Assembly: GCA_964539825.1 (NCBI GenBank)
Contig: CAZIKF010000005.1
Coordinates: forward strand, 84,271 to 148,270
From: an uncultured bacterium
Lineage (GTDB): Bacteria > Muiribacteriota > UBA6191
Length of the DNA: 64,000 bases
Reading direction: 5' to 3'
The first letter of the stretch is position 1; each line of letters starts with the position of its first letter. A model generated the notes under the pieces. It had not been told where the DNA came from. It saw nothing but the letters and a program-made list of their open reading frames with translations, and ran no database searches. Below are positions 47,614 through 58,400 of the stretch, piece after piece. The translations under genes were made by a program, and so were the position numbers.

Positions 47614-48534
47614 CTAGAAGGAATCCAGTAGACTTCTATAATAGCGGTGGGTCTGATCAAGGGCAGAGTTGAAATCTCCTTCCTCGAAGACAAAATCCTT
47701 CTTTAACCTGGAAATATCCGCTCGAGAATGACGAATATCGCCCGGTCGCGGCTCTGTATGGTTCATGTTCAAATCCTGTCGATCAGATTTCTTGAGGATG
47801 TTTTGGGCCAGGGAATTGATCTCCATTGATGTACCAGAGCCTAGATTGTAGACACCGTCCATATTTCCCTTCACAGCCTGTAGATAGTACCTGACCACTT
47901 GTTCAACAAATACAAAGTCACGGGTCTGCTTCCCGTCACCATGTACACCCAGGTCTTCCCCTAAGAGGGCTTTGTGAAAGAAAATAGGAATCACAGAAGC
48001 ATAAGCGCTGCGAAGGGACTGAAACGGTCCAAAAATATTGAACATTCTAAATGCTACAAAAGGAATGCGATGTTCCAGGTGGTTCATATACAGCAGGTGT
48101 TCACCCGAGAGTTTTGAAAGACCATAGGGACTCTTTGGCATAGGAAGCTGACTTTCTTCTTGAACACTAGCTCCATCTCCATACACAGCCGCGGAGGACG
48201 CAAAGATGATTTTACGAATCCGGTGCTGCTTTGCATACTCAAGCAAATGTAACACCGCATGTACATTTGAGATTTCGCAACGTACCGGATCTGTTTGAGA
48301 TTCCACCACCGAGGTCATCGCTGCCAGGTGAAAGACATAATCGACCGGAGAAAGGTCCTTCCAGGTTGCGAGATCTCCGACATCACCACGGCGAAACTCT
48401 ACACCTGTGGGAATATTTTCTTCAAAGCCGGTAGAAAGGTCATCTATAACCAGGACCCTGGCGCCTTCTGACTGCAGCAAGCGAACCAGGTTACAGCCTA
48501 CAAAGCCAGCCCCTCCAGTGACAATAACATTCAT
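47614..48534 (-). CDS. NAD-dependent epimerase/dehydratase (UDP-sugar 4-epimerase family, SDR)
   Basis: MNVIVTGGAGFVGCNLVRLL (GxxGxxG). YxxxK in SPYGLSK. Confidence 0.8.
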   Translation of the reverse strand: MNVIVTGGAGFVGCNLVRLLQSEGARVLVIDDLSTGFEENIPTGVEFRRGDVGDLATWKDLSPVDYVFHLAAMTSVVESQTDPVRCEISNVHAVLHLLEYAKQHRIRKIIFASSAAVYGDGASVQEESQLPMPKSPYGLSKLSGEHLLYMNHLEHRIPFVAFRMFNIFGPFQSLRSAYASVIPIFFHKALLGEDLGVHGDGKQTRDFVFVEQVVRYYLQAVKGNMDGVYNLGSGTSMEINSLAQNILKKSDRQDLNMNHTEPRPGDIRHSRADISRLKKDFVFEEGDFNSALDQTHRYYRSLLDSF

Positions 48535-49856
48535 AGTTGGCCTTTGAGAAACATCGTCACTCTGTCGAACACATCCACAATTCGTGAAGGAGGGTTTACT
48601 CCCCAGTCTCCAGCAATTATGCCATAAAAATCGTGATTGACCCCATCTGGACCCGTATCATTTTCCGAAAGAAACAAGGGTCCGGCATGAATTTTACCAG
48701 CACAACGATAATCCAAATTTCCGATGTAAAGAAGAAAATCCGGAGCCACTGCAGCGCAGCGGCGATATAGCTCCTTAGCAGGAATCAGCTTCATGGAAAT
48801 ACTGGTGGTCCTGGCAGTTTCCTGAAGGTCTTGATTCAGCTCTTCAAACAGAGTTGATATGGAGTCAACGATCCCCTCAGGCTCTCTTCCCCTCTTATTT
48901 ACGTATATTCTTCCACAATAACCACCGTCGGCCCACAGACGGGTCTTGGACCAGTCCACATCTGCGCTTTGGAGAATCGACCCTTCTGGAACGGCTTTCT
49001 TGAGTACCAGATATCCCTTTTTGATTAAGAAGTCTTGGAGACAAAAAACTCCCAGGAGACTCTTTGCTCCATGATCAGACATGATGAGCGGTCGAAATCC
49101 TTGTTCCTTAGCGAGTTGATACCAGGACTTTAATCTTGTGTCGAGGAGCCGGTAGTAATCACGAAAAAAAATCTCGAATTCCTCATTGGGTTCGTAACCG
49201 GGATGGTCCCTGAAAACATGTTTCCAGAACGCGTGATTAATCCTATCGGACCCTATAATCACTGCCATAAAAAACTGAACGTCTTTTTGAAGATATTTTA
49301 GAATCACTCGGTGCTTCTGGTCTAACATCTCCTTTAACTCGGTCATTAGCTCTGATTTTAATTCCGTTCTATAGCCACTAACATCAAAGAGATAGTCATA
49401 CCCTGCCTCTTCCAGAAACTCAGCCCCATCCCCAGGGGGTTCAATCCAACGGGCCTGAAGGTCTGGAGTGAGGATTCCACTCACCAAAGTTCCAGCAATT
49501 TTACTGGGGGGATAGGTTTGGGGAACCCCAAGCACAAACGCCTTTTCCCCTTCTTCGACCTGATCCCAAATCCGTGGATACTTGATTCTTTTGGAAGAGG
49601 ATATCTCATATTCCAGATAGCCTCTGCTGCTGCGATTACGAAAACCATAGGTACCCAACTCGCCAGGGTCCTTACCGGTTGTAACTACCGACCAGGCCGG
49701 CACCGTGATGGGCGGATCACAGGAAAGAATCTCTTGAAGAAGGCCTTTCTGATCAAGAGAGATTAAAAAGGGGAAGGAGTCAGGCATAGCCCTGATCAAT
49801 GCCAGTGGGAGAGAATCTACTCCAAAGATAGCTACCCGATTTGGTTTATAACACAT
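48531..49856 (-). CDS. Alkaline-phosphatase-superfamily enzyme (type I phosphodiesterase / nucleotide pyrophosphatase-like)
   Basis: Metal-site-like ITVPAWSVVTTGKDPGELG and LIMSDHGA. 4-nt overlap with the epimerase gene. Confidence 0.6.
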   Translation of the reverse strand: MCYKPNRVAIFGVDSLPLALIRAMPDSFPFLISLDQKGLLQEILSCDPPITVPAWSVVTTGKDPGELGTYGFRNRSSRGYLEYEISSSKRIKYPRIWDQVEEGEKAFVLGVPQTYPPSKIAGTLVSGILTPDLQARWIEPPGDGAEFLEEAGYDYLFDVSGYRTELKSELMTELKEMLDQKHRVILKYLQKDVQFFMAVIIGSDRINHAFWKHVFRDHPGYEPNEEFEIFFRDYYRLLDTRLKSWYQLAKEQGFRPLIMSDHGAKSLLGVFCLQDFLIKKGYLVLKKAVPEGSILQSADVDWSKTRLWADGGYCGRIYVNKRGREPEGIVDSISTLFEELNQDLQETARTTSISMKLIPAKELYRRCAAVAPDFLLYIGNLDYRCAGKIHAGPLFLSENDTGPDGVNHDFYGIIAGDWGVNPPSRIVDVFDRVTMFLKGQL

Positions 49857-49877
49857 CGTTGAAAACTTTTTAGGTAC

Positions 49878-50531
49878 TCAATTGAGTACGTAATAAACAA
49901 GGTTCACCGCGAATTTTTCAGCCAGATTTCTTACTTGCGGCGGATCCTTATGGACCGGGTAATCTTCTAGTCCGTCCCCTATATCTGAGCTGTAAGAATA
50001 GAACAAAATCATCCGGCCTTCATGAAACATAGCAAATCCCTGGGCCGGGTCCCCCTCGTGTTCATGAATCTTGGGCAAGCCTTTTAATTTATAAAAAGAT
50101 TGATAGATCTCATGACTGGAAGAAAGGGGTGAAAGCTTCTTTTCAGGAAAAACCTTGCGGATATTTCTACGAAAATAGGTGTCCATACCAAAGTTGTCAT
50201 CAACCCACAGAAACCCGCCGGAGAGTAGGTATCTGCGCAAAGTATCCGCTTCCAAATCTGTAAAATTGATATTCCCATGCCCGGTAGCGTAAATCAGGGG
50301 GACCTGCCAGGTGCTTTCATCTCTTAAATTGACCACGGACTCAGAAGACTTAATCTTCATTCCAAGTCGTGACCGAAGAAGCCTGAGCCAATTTGGAATT
50401 GAGGTTGGATTAGCATACCAATCTCCCCCTCCGGAATACTTTAAACGACCGATTCCAAAATCACGCCCAAAGGAGGGTGTGAGTAGAAGTAGAGCTAGAA
50501 TAAGAGCGACCTGAGTTCGAATTGTCAGCAT
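49878..50531 (-). CDS. Secreted hypothetical protein (DUF4159-like)
   Basis: Signal peptide LILALLLLTPSFG. LKYSGGGDWYANPTSIPN motif. Confidence 0.4.
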   Translation of the reverse strand: MLTIRTQVALILALLLLTPSFGRDFGIGRLKYSGGGDWYANPTSIPNWLRLLRSRLGMKIKSSESVVNLRDESTWQVPLIYATGHGNINFTDLEADTLRRYLLSGGFLWVDDNFGMDTYFRRNIRKVFPEKKLSPLSSSHEIYQSFYKLKGLPKIHEHEGDPAQGFAMFHEGRMILFYSYSSDIGDGLEDYPVHKDPPQVRNLAEKFAVNLVYYVLN

Positions 50532-50720
50532 ATTTCCTTTCCCTGCAACCTATTCTAGCATTGTAGAGGAAAACACTGGCTGAGCTTTCCAACAAGAAAA
50601 CCGTATATTCTATGAATACAGCTGAATTCAAAACCATTTTAAGAACATCGAGTACTCCATGGACCTGAAAACAGGCCAGGTGTTGAGTGATCTGCTATAG
50701 ATCCCATCAAAGGACAAATC

Positions 50721-52034
50721 TCATTGGTTCTCATCCCTGAGGATCTCTTCGAGCAAATCTACGGTATCATCACTAGCGCGAGTTACTACTACAGGAATTG
50801 TCTCTGTGAAGTCAGGTCCGGTTCCATGAAGGACGAACGAGAGTTTCATCAGGTAATCCCCGGGGGGAACTCTACGCTTGAAGACTACCTTCCAATCTCT
50901 CTTAAATCCCTTTGAATCTAGTGCTTGTCTCCCCAGGGTTTTCCAAATTTTTCCGGTAAATCCGCTCTGTGGATCTTGATGCTTGAGCAGGATCGTAACC
51001 TCACCGCCCAGAACCGGTGGAACCACGCTGAACCCAAATTCCTGGTGAATCGACTCAAAGTGCACCGGAGTGGGAACTGTAAGTAGTCTCGGATGCCTGC
51101 TGGAATAGTATTGAACCTCCTGTTTACTCTCACAGGTAGCATCAATTCCATTGGAATCGACAACTCTCAGGAGTCCACGGAATACCCCGGGAAGATCATA
51201 TCCATTTAGTGATATGGTTTCGCGCGAACGAAGAGAACTCTTTTTTTTGCTGCGACCTTTCTGACCCTTAAGTTCATAATGCCTTTTAATCTTTCCGAGT
51301 CCCCCTTTGACCACAGATCTGAGCTGCACTGGAGTGGACTCATAAAGCCCCATAGGAGGTCCAATAGACAGAGTGCATTTCAGGGGTTCCACGCGAAAAT
51401 GATAATTCGAAGTCGTTTTATTACCGTCTCCATCAATCGCAAACACATGTAATAAATAAGACCTCCGGTTCTGATCAAGAGGCAACTTCAGCAAGAGAGG
51501 TTTCTTCTTCCAATCAAGATAGACCGGTTTTTGGTCATTAAGAACATAACCGCATTGAATCACGCTTGCACGGTTGTCTTCGAAAACCAGGGAAAGCTCA
51601 GAATACTGCCTTGGAGAGAGTATTTTAAAGGTATCCTTTTCAAGACCAATGAGTTGAATCTTTGGAGGAACTCTCTCTTCCAAACTCCTCTCTCGCTTTT
51701 GCCCATTTACAAATTCAAATTCCTGTCGAAAATAGCGTCGATTCGCGCTAGCGCCATAAAGGGTCAGGCGATTGGTTCTCAAATCAAAGGTTACTTTTCC
51801 AGAAAAGTAACCATTTTTGACCTCTAAAAACTCTACCTCCTTCTCATTCACGAGCACTTTGACCTCGGTCACGCTCAAATCACTGATCAAGCCTTCCAAT
51901 AAAACCTCATCAGACCTGACTTCTACACCCGGTTCCGGCGAAATCAAGGTTACCTGAATTTCATCGCAATAGAGGACACCCGAACCAAAAGCGATTAAAA
52001 AAATATTAAAAATCCAGCTCTTCAAAATTGCCAT
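50721..52034 (-). CDS. Secreted hypothetical protein (predicted beta-rich)
   Basis: Start trimmed to MAILKSWIFNIFLIAFGSGVLYC (signal peptide). No catalytic motif. Confidence 0.45.
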   Translation of the reverse strand: MAILKSWIFNIFLIAFGSGVLYCDEIQVTLISPEPGVEVRSDEVLLEGLISDLSVTEVKVLVNEKEVEFLEVKNGYFSGKVTFDLRTNRLTLYGASANRRYFRQEFEFVNGQKRERSLEERVPPKIQLIGLEKDTFKILSPRQYSELSLVFEDNRASVIQCGYVLNDQKPVYLDWKKKPLLLKLPLDQNRRSYLLHVFAIDGDGNKTTSNYHFRVEPLKCTLSIGPPMGLYESTPVQLRSVVKGGLGKIKRHYELKGQKGRSKKKSSLRSRETISLNGYDLPGVFRGLLRVVDSNGIDATCESKQEVQYYSSRHPRLLTVPTPVHFESIHQEFGFSVVPPVLGGEVTILLKHQDPQSGFTGKIWKTLGRQALDSKGFKRDWKVVFKRRVPPGDYLMKLSFVLHGTGPDFTETIPVVVTRASDDTVDLLEEILRDENQ

Positions 52035-52317
52035 ATTGCCTACCATTGTCTCATAGGATCCATTACGTATGTTAATGTCTGTATTTGTTTGTATTGGCCC
52101 TCCATGTGTTTGTGCCGTCCGAATTTGATTCGATTTACAAAGTTTTGTCCATTGGTTGCAGTTTGTACTCAAAAACGACAAAATTTATATAAAATTGGTT
52201 GTTTTTGTTATAATAGTTCTTTAAAATGGCGATATAACAATAACTGAACACCACAAACAGTTGGTGTTTGTAATCTAGAATTTGTGAACAAAAGATTGAT
52301 CTCAAAGGACAGGCGGC

Positions 52318-52551
52318 ATGAAGTTTAAGATCAACAGGTTCCCGATTTACGGCCTGAGTATTAAGACTGGAAAGATTGAAAAATTCTCTAAAAAAGAGGA
52401 TGCCTTAAAGTTTTTCGAAGGAAAACACGAGGATAAAAAATCAATCCCTATTCGTCATAAGAAGCCACAGACTCCTCCTGTTTATGTTGGCTACCCATTG
52501 GACAACAGTTCGGACTCAGTTTCGAACATTCCCATCTCAGAATCAGAATAA
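52318..52551 (+). CDS. Small hypothetical protein (77 aa)
   Basis: ORF only (MKFKINRFPIYGLSIKTGKIEKFSKKEDALKFFEGKHEDKK...). Lies in a 0.8-kb region otherwise lacking genes. Confidence 0.25.
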   Translation: MKFKINRFPIYGLSIKTGKIEKFSKKEDALKFFEGKHEDKKSIPIRHKKPQTPPVYVGYPLDNSSDSVSNIPISESE

Positions 52552-52595
52552 TTCCACTCCGGAATTTCCTGGAACACCCTATATCGAAAAGTGAT

Positions 52596-52700
52596 CGGTA
52601 TACCTGTTGCAGGTTCATGGTTCAGATGAGCAGAGGGGAATTAAAGATTCCTGGATTGAATTCGATAGCGGACAATCCCAGAGCATTTGGACCACATTCC
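52596..52700. repeat. Intergenic repeat family, diverged copy C
   Basis: ggtatacctgttgcaggttcatggttcagatgagc...aagattcctgg...tttggaccacat shares the 5' core (gtatacc-gttg-aggttcat), the central agattcctgg and the 3' gg-cacat with copies A and B. Confidence 0.5.
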
Positions 52701-52982
52701 ACGATCCTGGTGGAAACTTAGCATGCGCGGCTAATTGCTAATTTTCTTTGCAAAAAAGGGGAGGATTCTTTGGAGAGCTTCTCTAAACTCCCTGATACTA
52801 TTCAATTCAAAGCAATTTCAAAAAGTCGAAAACTTTGAAGAAGGAATAGAGTAGGAAAAAACTGACTCCCACTGAAGAGACCAGCACAGCTAGTAAACCT
52901 AAAACATCCATACTACCGTTGATATCGGAAATTCCCAGGAATTCTTAAGACTTTTCGAAAGAATTATTCTGAAGGGGTGAAC

Positions 52983-53774
52983 TCAATATTCGTGTTCCTC
53001 TCCCGGAAATCTTAAGCTGTGAACATCTTCAACAAAGCTTTTCACTGCTGAAGACATAACTTGTGACAATCTTGCGTATTTTTTCATGAATTTTGGCTTA
53101 TATCCCTCGTGAAAGCCCATCATATCATGAAAAATTAAAGATTGCCCATCTACCAGGTGACCAGCACCCTGCCCAATGACGGGGATCTTGAGACGCTCAG
53201 ACACGATTCGACCCAGTTCAGAAGGAACACACTCAAGCATCAGTGCGAACACTCCTATTTTTTCGAGTTTTAAGGACATATCGATAATGCGATCCCAATC
53301 TTTATCTCGATCTGCTTCTGTGATAGGTAACCCACCCAGCTTATCGAAGAAGCTGCCCTTGAGACCGATATGACCCATGAGCGGAAGTCCAGCTTTCACA
53401 ATCGCCTCGACACAAGGGAAGAAATCCTCTCCTCCCTCTAGCTTCAGAGCCTGGGCCCCTCCTACTTCCATAAGAATCGTAGCATTCTTAACGGCTTCCT
53501 CCGGACCCAATTCATAGGCGCTGTAGGGAAGGTCTGCCACAATCAAAGCATTCTGAACAGCTCTGCGAACAATCTTTGTGTAATAAACAATGTCGCCAAT
53601 GGCAACTGAAAATACATCCGATTCACCATGAATATGCTTACCGAGGGAGTCTCCAATAAGGATACAATGGACTCCAACCTCATCTACCAGCCTCGCGGAA
53701 TAAAAATCCGGAACGCTTAACATGGTTATTTTCTTTGCAGATTTTTTCAGTTCCGATAGTTCCGCGATTTCCAC
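52983..53774 (-). CDS. panB: 3-methyl-2-oxobutanoate hydroxymethyltransferase
   Basis: KKITMLSVPDFYSARLVDEVGVHCILIGDSLG and ...GHIGL... are PanB-like. Start reassigned to the in-frame GTG at 53774, which is preceded by GGAGG (7-nt spacer). This gives a typical 264-aa PanB and removes the overlap with the downstream kinase. Confidence 0.8.
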   Translation of the reverse strand: MEIAELSELKKSAKKITMLSVPDFYSARLVDEVGVHCILIGDSLGKHIHGESDVFSVAIGDIVYYTKIVRRAVQNALIVADLPYSAYELGPEEAVKNATILMEVGGAQALKLEGGEDFFPCVEAIVKAGLPLMGHIGLKGSFFDKLGGLPITEADRDKDWDRIIDMSLKLEKIGVFALMLECVPSELGRIVSERLKIPVIGQGAGHLVDGQSLIFHDMMGFHEGYKPKFMKKYARLSQVMSSAVKSFVEDVHSLRFPGEEHEY

Positions 53775-53842
53775 TTGGCAGCCTCCTTTTTCTCCGCTTT
53801 CTGGAAAAATGGGGGTCAATGTATTCCTTTCGGAAGAGACTG

Positions 53843-55102
53843 TCAATGGAGTGAAAAATTTGGGATTGGAAGTCGTATATGGAAACAGGTGCCATCTCCG
53901 GGTATGGAGGTACATTTCACCTCGCCCTGGTGCCTCTCAACCGCGTCTCTCACAACCAGGAGTCCCAGACCGGTACCTTCCTTCTTCGTGGTGAAGAACT
54001 CATCAAAGACTTTTTGCGGCTCCTCCACCCCAGGACCATCATCCTGGACGGTTAAATGAAGATCTGAGCCCAAGACCTTTCCAGTTATTCGTATCCTTAC
54101 CAATTCATCTACCGCAGCCTCGCTTGAATTTCTCAACAGGTTCTCCAGCATTCGATAGATGAGATCGTGATTTCCTTCTATACGCACTGGTTCTACATCC
54201 ACGGTCAATTCCATGTTTCCCAGATCTTCCTGACCCAAAATTTCGGCAATAATGTCTTCTATCAGAATGATTTGGTCAAAGGGAAGGCTCTCCTTTCCAA
54301 AGACTAAAAGCGATGCAACAGTATGATCGATCCTTTTGATTTCCTTACCCATTTTTGAAAGAAGGTCCTGAGACTCCAAATCTCCCTCGTACATCTCACG
54401 CATCTCTTGCAATTGCAATCCAAGGATCCCCAGCGGATTCCGAACATCATGGGCTACACCTGCTGCCAGGGAACCAAATTGGGCCAATCTGCGGCTCCTT
54501 TCCGATTCTTCCTCTAGAGTTAGAAGTCTCTTTATCAAACCCCTGGCAAGAATCAGTACAGCGGAAAGCAGAGCCAGGAAAAAGAAGAATCCCAGGCTTA
54601 AAAAGTTTTCTTGAAGCCGGATTACCTGGGAGAAGGGAACAGCGAACACAGCCACTATAAAACCAACCTGCTCCCCCCCTAGCTGAACCACTTTGTGCCT
54701 ATGAAAGAAAGAGTCGGGAAGCTCCAGCTTCAGGGGATTGGAATGATTCTCCTCAAAGAAAACACGGGAAACTTCGGTTCCCAGTAAAATTTTACCGATG
54801 GAATCAACCAAGACCAGAGATTTGAGTTCAAATCCACGTTCAATTCTTGATAATTCGCGGTAAAAGTGATTCCACACCAGTTCAGAACGAGCTTCGTTTT
54901 GAAAGAGACTTGGAAAAAGTTCGTGCCTTAGGAGGGTCTGTTCGAATTCTTCAAAGGATTTTCGAACCCTTTGCCTTGCAAAATCCTCAAGGAACGTACC
55001 TGTACGATTTACCAGGTAGAGGTGAAATCCTTCAAAGGATAGGAAAAGAAGACTAGAAAAGAGAAAGAAGATGAGGAAGACATTGCGATTCTTCCGATCC
55101 AT
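53843..55102 (-). CDS. Membrane sensor histidine kinase (orphan)
   Basis: Two TM helices flank a roughly 130-aa periplasmic loop. H-box AAGVAHDVRNPLGIL. HATPase QDDGPGV...GTGLGLLVVRD. No response regulator is adjacent. Confidence 0.75.
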   Translation of the reverse strand: MDRKNRNVFLIFFLFSSLLFLSFEGFHLYLVNRTGTFLEDFARQRVRKSFEEFEQTLLRHELFPSLFQNEARSELVWNHFYRELSRIERGFELKSLVLVDSIGKILLGTEVSRVFFEENHSNPLKLELPDSFFHRHKVVQLGGEQVGFIVAVFAVPFSQVIRLQENFLSLGFFFFLALLSAVLILARGLIKRLLTLEEESERSRRLAQFGSLAAGVAHDVRNPLGILGLQLQEMREMYEGDLESQDLLSKMGKEIKRIDHTVASLLVFGKESLPFDQIILIEDIIAEILGQEDLGNMELTVDVEPVRIEGNHDLIYRMLENLLRNSSEAAVDELVRIRITGKVLGSDLHLTVQDDGPGVEEPQKVFDEFFTTKKEGTGLGLLVVRDAVERHQGEVKCTSIPGDGTCFHIRLPIPNFSLH

Positions 55103-55105
55103 TCC

Positions 55106-55342
55106 CTAGCCCATTTTCTGGTGAAGCTCCATCCATTGATCAATCAGGAAAAAAATTCGATTTTTTTCGAACTTTTGTAATTGGTCCTTTTCCTTCATCG
55201 CTTCCAAGGTCTTAGCACTTTTTGATGGGGATTTTAACTGCTTAAGACTCACCGGTAAATTGCTAAGCGGCGTTCTCATGGAATGGACTGAACTATTTAC
55301 AAAGATCACCAGAAACAGAATACCCAATATACGTATAGTCAT
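55106..55342 (-). CDS. Small secreted protein (78 aa)
   Basis: Signal peptide MTIRILGILFLVIFVNSSVHS. 3 nt from the start of the HK gene. Confidence 0.35.
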   Translation of the reverse strand: MTIRILGILFLVIFVNSSVHSMRTPLSNLPVSLKQLKSPSKSAKTLEAMKEKDQLQKFEKNRIFFLIDQWMELHQKMG

Positions 55343-55432
55343 ATCCCACCTCCTATCTAGTCCATCGAACGGTTGAGGGGGTATTAGTTCTAGTTTTAGG
55401 AAAGATTTTTCAAGAATCTCAAATAATTGAGC

Positions 55433-58400
55433 TTAAAGTCGGCTCAACTCACTGGCCCAAAAAAATCCTAGTACGGGATCTTTTAGGTTTTGGGCATGCT
55501 TAAGGGCTTCTTCCTTTAGCGATTGAGCTTCTTCAAGGGAGAGTTTTGAAGGCACGCTAAGCTTTTCCTGGGCATCCTTGAGGAATCTAAGAATTCCAGA
55601 TTGATCAAGAGTCTCTCCAATCTGTGAGGCATTGGATCCTAATCCCTGGGTGGAATGATTGTTGACCATAGAAGTTGGAGGTACGAATTCTGTCTGTATG
55701 GCGGGCTCTATCACGGGCAACTCTTCCACAGCCCGGGTCAGGTCCTTGTGAAAAGGATCTTGGATTCCAGGATCAAGGGATTGATGCACTGGAGGAACAA
55801 CCCTTTCAGTCGGAGTTGCATATCCTCCGGCACCTGGAGTTGCCAGACTTCCTCTGACCCCTCCCCTCATCAAGGTGGCAAGTTTTGAGTCTAAAAGCTC
55901 CTCAATCCTACGCTCTAGCCTTCCTACGTCAAATTGTGAGGATGATGGGGACCCACCGCTCCCCTCCTTGAGACTTAGCGATATTCCCTGCCCAACAACA
56001 TTGTCTGGATCAAGAGATAAGAGTTGATTCAGAAAACCGGATAATTGGTCCACTCTTTTCATTCTTTGCAAAAGCAGAACAATACGCTCCATTGTTTTTA
56101 CGGGTTCTTCTGTCTGGGAGAGGCCCTGCTTATACTGTTCTAACGCGGCCTCCAATGAACCTTGCGCTTCAAGAATTTCGGCACGCATGAGCACTAAATT
56201 TGATTCCAAACCATATTTTTCTTCTATTTGTTTAAGGAGTTCCAACACCCGAACATGCTGGTCCAGCGACCGGTAAATCTCAGCACCAACACTTAGAAAA
56301 TTTCTACTTTGAAGTCCCTCACTACACCCATGTTCAAAGAGCTTTTGAGCCAGGTCCAGTCGTGAAAAATCCTGGTATTGAGCCAACACACTAACCAAGA
56401 AGCCTTCTCTTTCTTCCAAAAGATTTAGTTCCCGGTAAAGTTTCGCGATACGGCCAACCATATCCTCGTCGAGCGGGAGATATTCCCGCAATTCCAGACA
56501 AATTAGCAATTCATTGGCAGGTTGATTCTCCAATTGAGAAAGACATTCCATCTTCAGGCTTATAACCGCCAGAGATTCCCCAATTTCTTTATGAATTTCA
56601 CTAAGAACGTAGGTAGATGCCGAATTCTTTCCATCTAGACCTGTGTATTCACAATAGCCCATCAGATCTGGAAGCAAATCTTTGTTTTCCAAAAACACCG
56701 TGGATAGTTTTTTCTTCAAATCTCGAAAATCACCCGAATTTCTAGATAAGTAAGTGTCCCAGTCACCCACGTTAAAGCTCTCTGCAGTTAGGCTCTCTGG
56801 TGACTGTCGTTTGGTTCCTATGAAGGTTTCTGGAGCATGAAGGTTTTTTGGAGTTTGAACGGATTCCAAGGGGCCGTCGGAAGTCTTGACCATCTCCACT
56901 GAGGGTTGTACAAATCCATCTTCAAGTAAGTACGCTGATTCTTCCAGAGCTGATAAAAGACCTGCTGGTAGAGAATGCTGCTGAGGAGTTGATTCAGTTC
57001 TGCTCTTTTCTGAGGAGGAGTCCAGGGGAACATCAAGTTGATCCACGGGAATAAGTTCTGTTGTATCCGCAACCTTCAAAGGTAAACCAGCAGCAGGCTC
57101 TGACACTTCAAATTCTTTGTTGCGCTCCTCCATTTTTTCAATCAACTGCTCTTGCTCAATGAACTGGGCAAGGTCTTTTTCATCTTCAGGTACCTCTTCC
57201 TCCAGGGTAGAGGTGAATGGATCCAGGGACTGTGTATCATCATCAGGAGTTTGCGAGGCGAAGTCTCCACCGAGATCGATCTCATCTGGTGAGGTTGAGC
57301 TGGTCTCACGGTCCTCTTCGTGATCGGATTCCAGGTCGATTCCCCCTTCGAGGGAGCTCAAGTCAAAGTCATCAGGACTTTCAGAATCTTCTTCTTCCTT
57401 CTCCTTCAATTCCGGAATAAAATTACTTTCACCCTCATCCTTTTTCTCCGTTGCCTTGAGTACCGATTCTTCTTTTGGTTCGCCGTTGTCGTCGAGCTCC
57501 AAACCAGCTGAGAGATCTATTCCGCCAAAATCGGAGATCTCAATCCCTTCAGACTCATCAAATGCTTCTTGAATCTCTATGGCTTCATCTGAGGGCTGCT
57601 CTTCAACTTCACTAGCTTCTTGTTGGGATTCATACTCCAGAGGTTCTTCTTCAGTATCAAAACCAAAATCAATCGCCGATAGATCTTCTTGGGTATCATC
57701 CTGGGAAATTTCACTTCCATCTCTATCAGAACTCTCAAGCTCTGTGGATGAATCATCATCTACCAGAGACTGTGTGCTCTCTTCTTCAAGAGAATCCTCC
57801 TCTCCCCCAAGATCCAGGTCAAAGCCAGAAAGGTCCGTGGAGAGTTCCTCTAAGGAGCTATCCGCATCAATTGCTTCCTCAACTGGTTGAGGTTCAGCAT
57901 CTTGAACTTCAAGCGCGGATTCCTCTCCCTCAATGCCAAGGTCAATACCAGCCAGATCACCAGGGGACGCATCCAGAGAGATCTCTATTTCATCGTCCGT
58001 GCGGCCTGTCCCTTCTTCTTGAAGGCCATCCTCTTGGCCTCCTACAGAATCGAAATCCAGGAGTTCATCATAGGCTTGCTCCATGGGTGCCGGTATATCA
58101 CCAACTCCCTCAGTCTCTTGCCCCGCCAGGGGATCTGCAGCATCAATCTCGAAACTTTGATCGACCATCTCCAAATCTGGATCAATTTCTAGGCTTTCCT
58201 CCGAGTAATCCTCAAGGGATAAACTATCTTCAAATCCTCCTCCAACTTCTTCTTGAGCATCGTCCTGCCCCTCCATTTCAAGGCTGGGCACCTCCTCCTC
58301 AATACCGGGATCAAAATCCAGGCTTTCTTCGGAGTAATCCTCAACGGATAAAGTGTCTTCAAATCCCCCCGCAACTGCTTCTTGAGTATCGTCCCGCCCT

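Noticed and set aside
52983-53915. PanB with a 47-aa N-terminal extension overlapping the histidine-kinase gene
   Set aside because: The in-frame GTG at 53774 has a GGAGG RBS, yields a canonical-length PanB and removes the 73-nt overlap. The longer form is a longest-ORF artefact.
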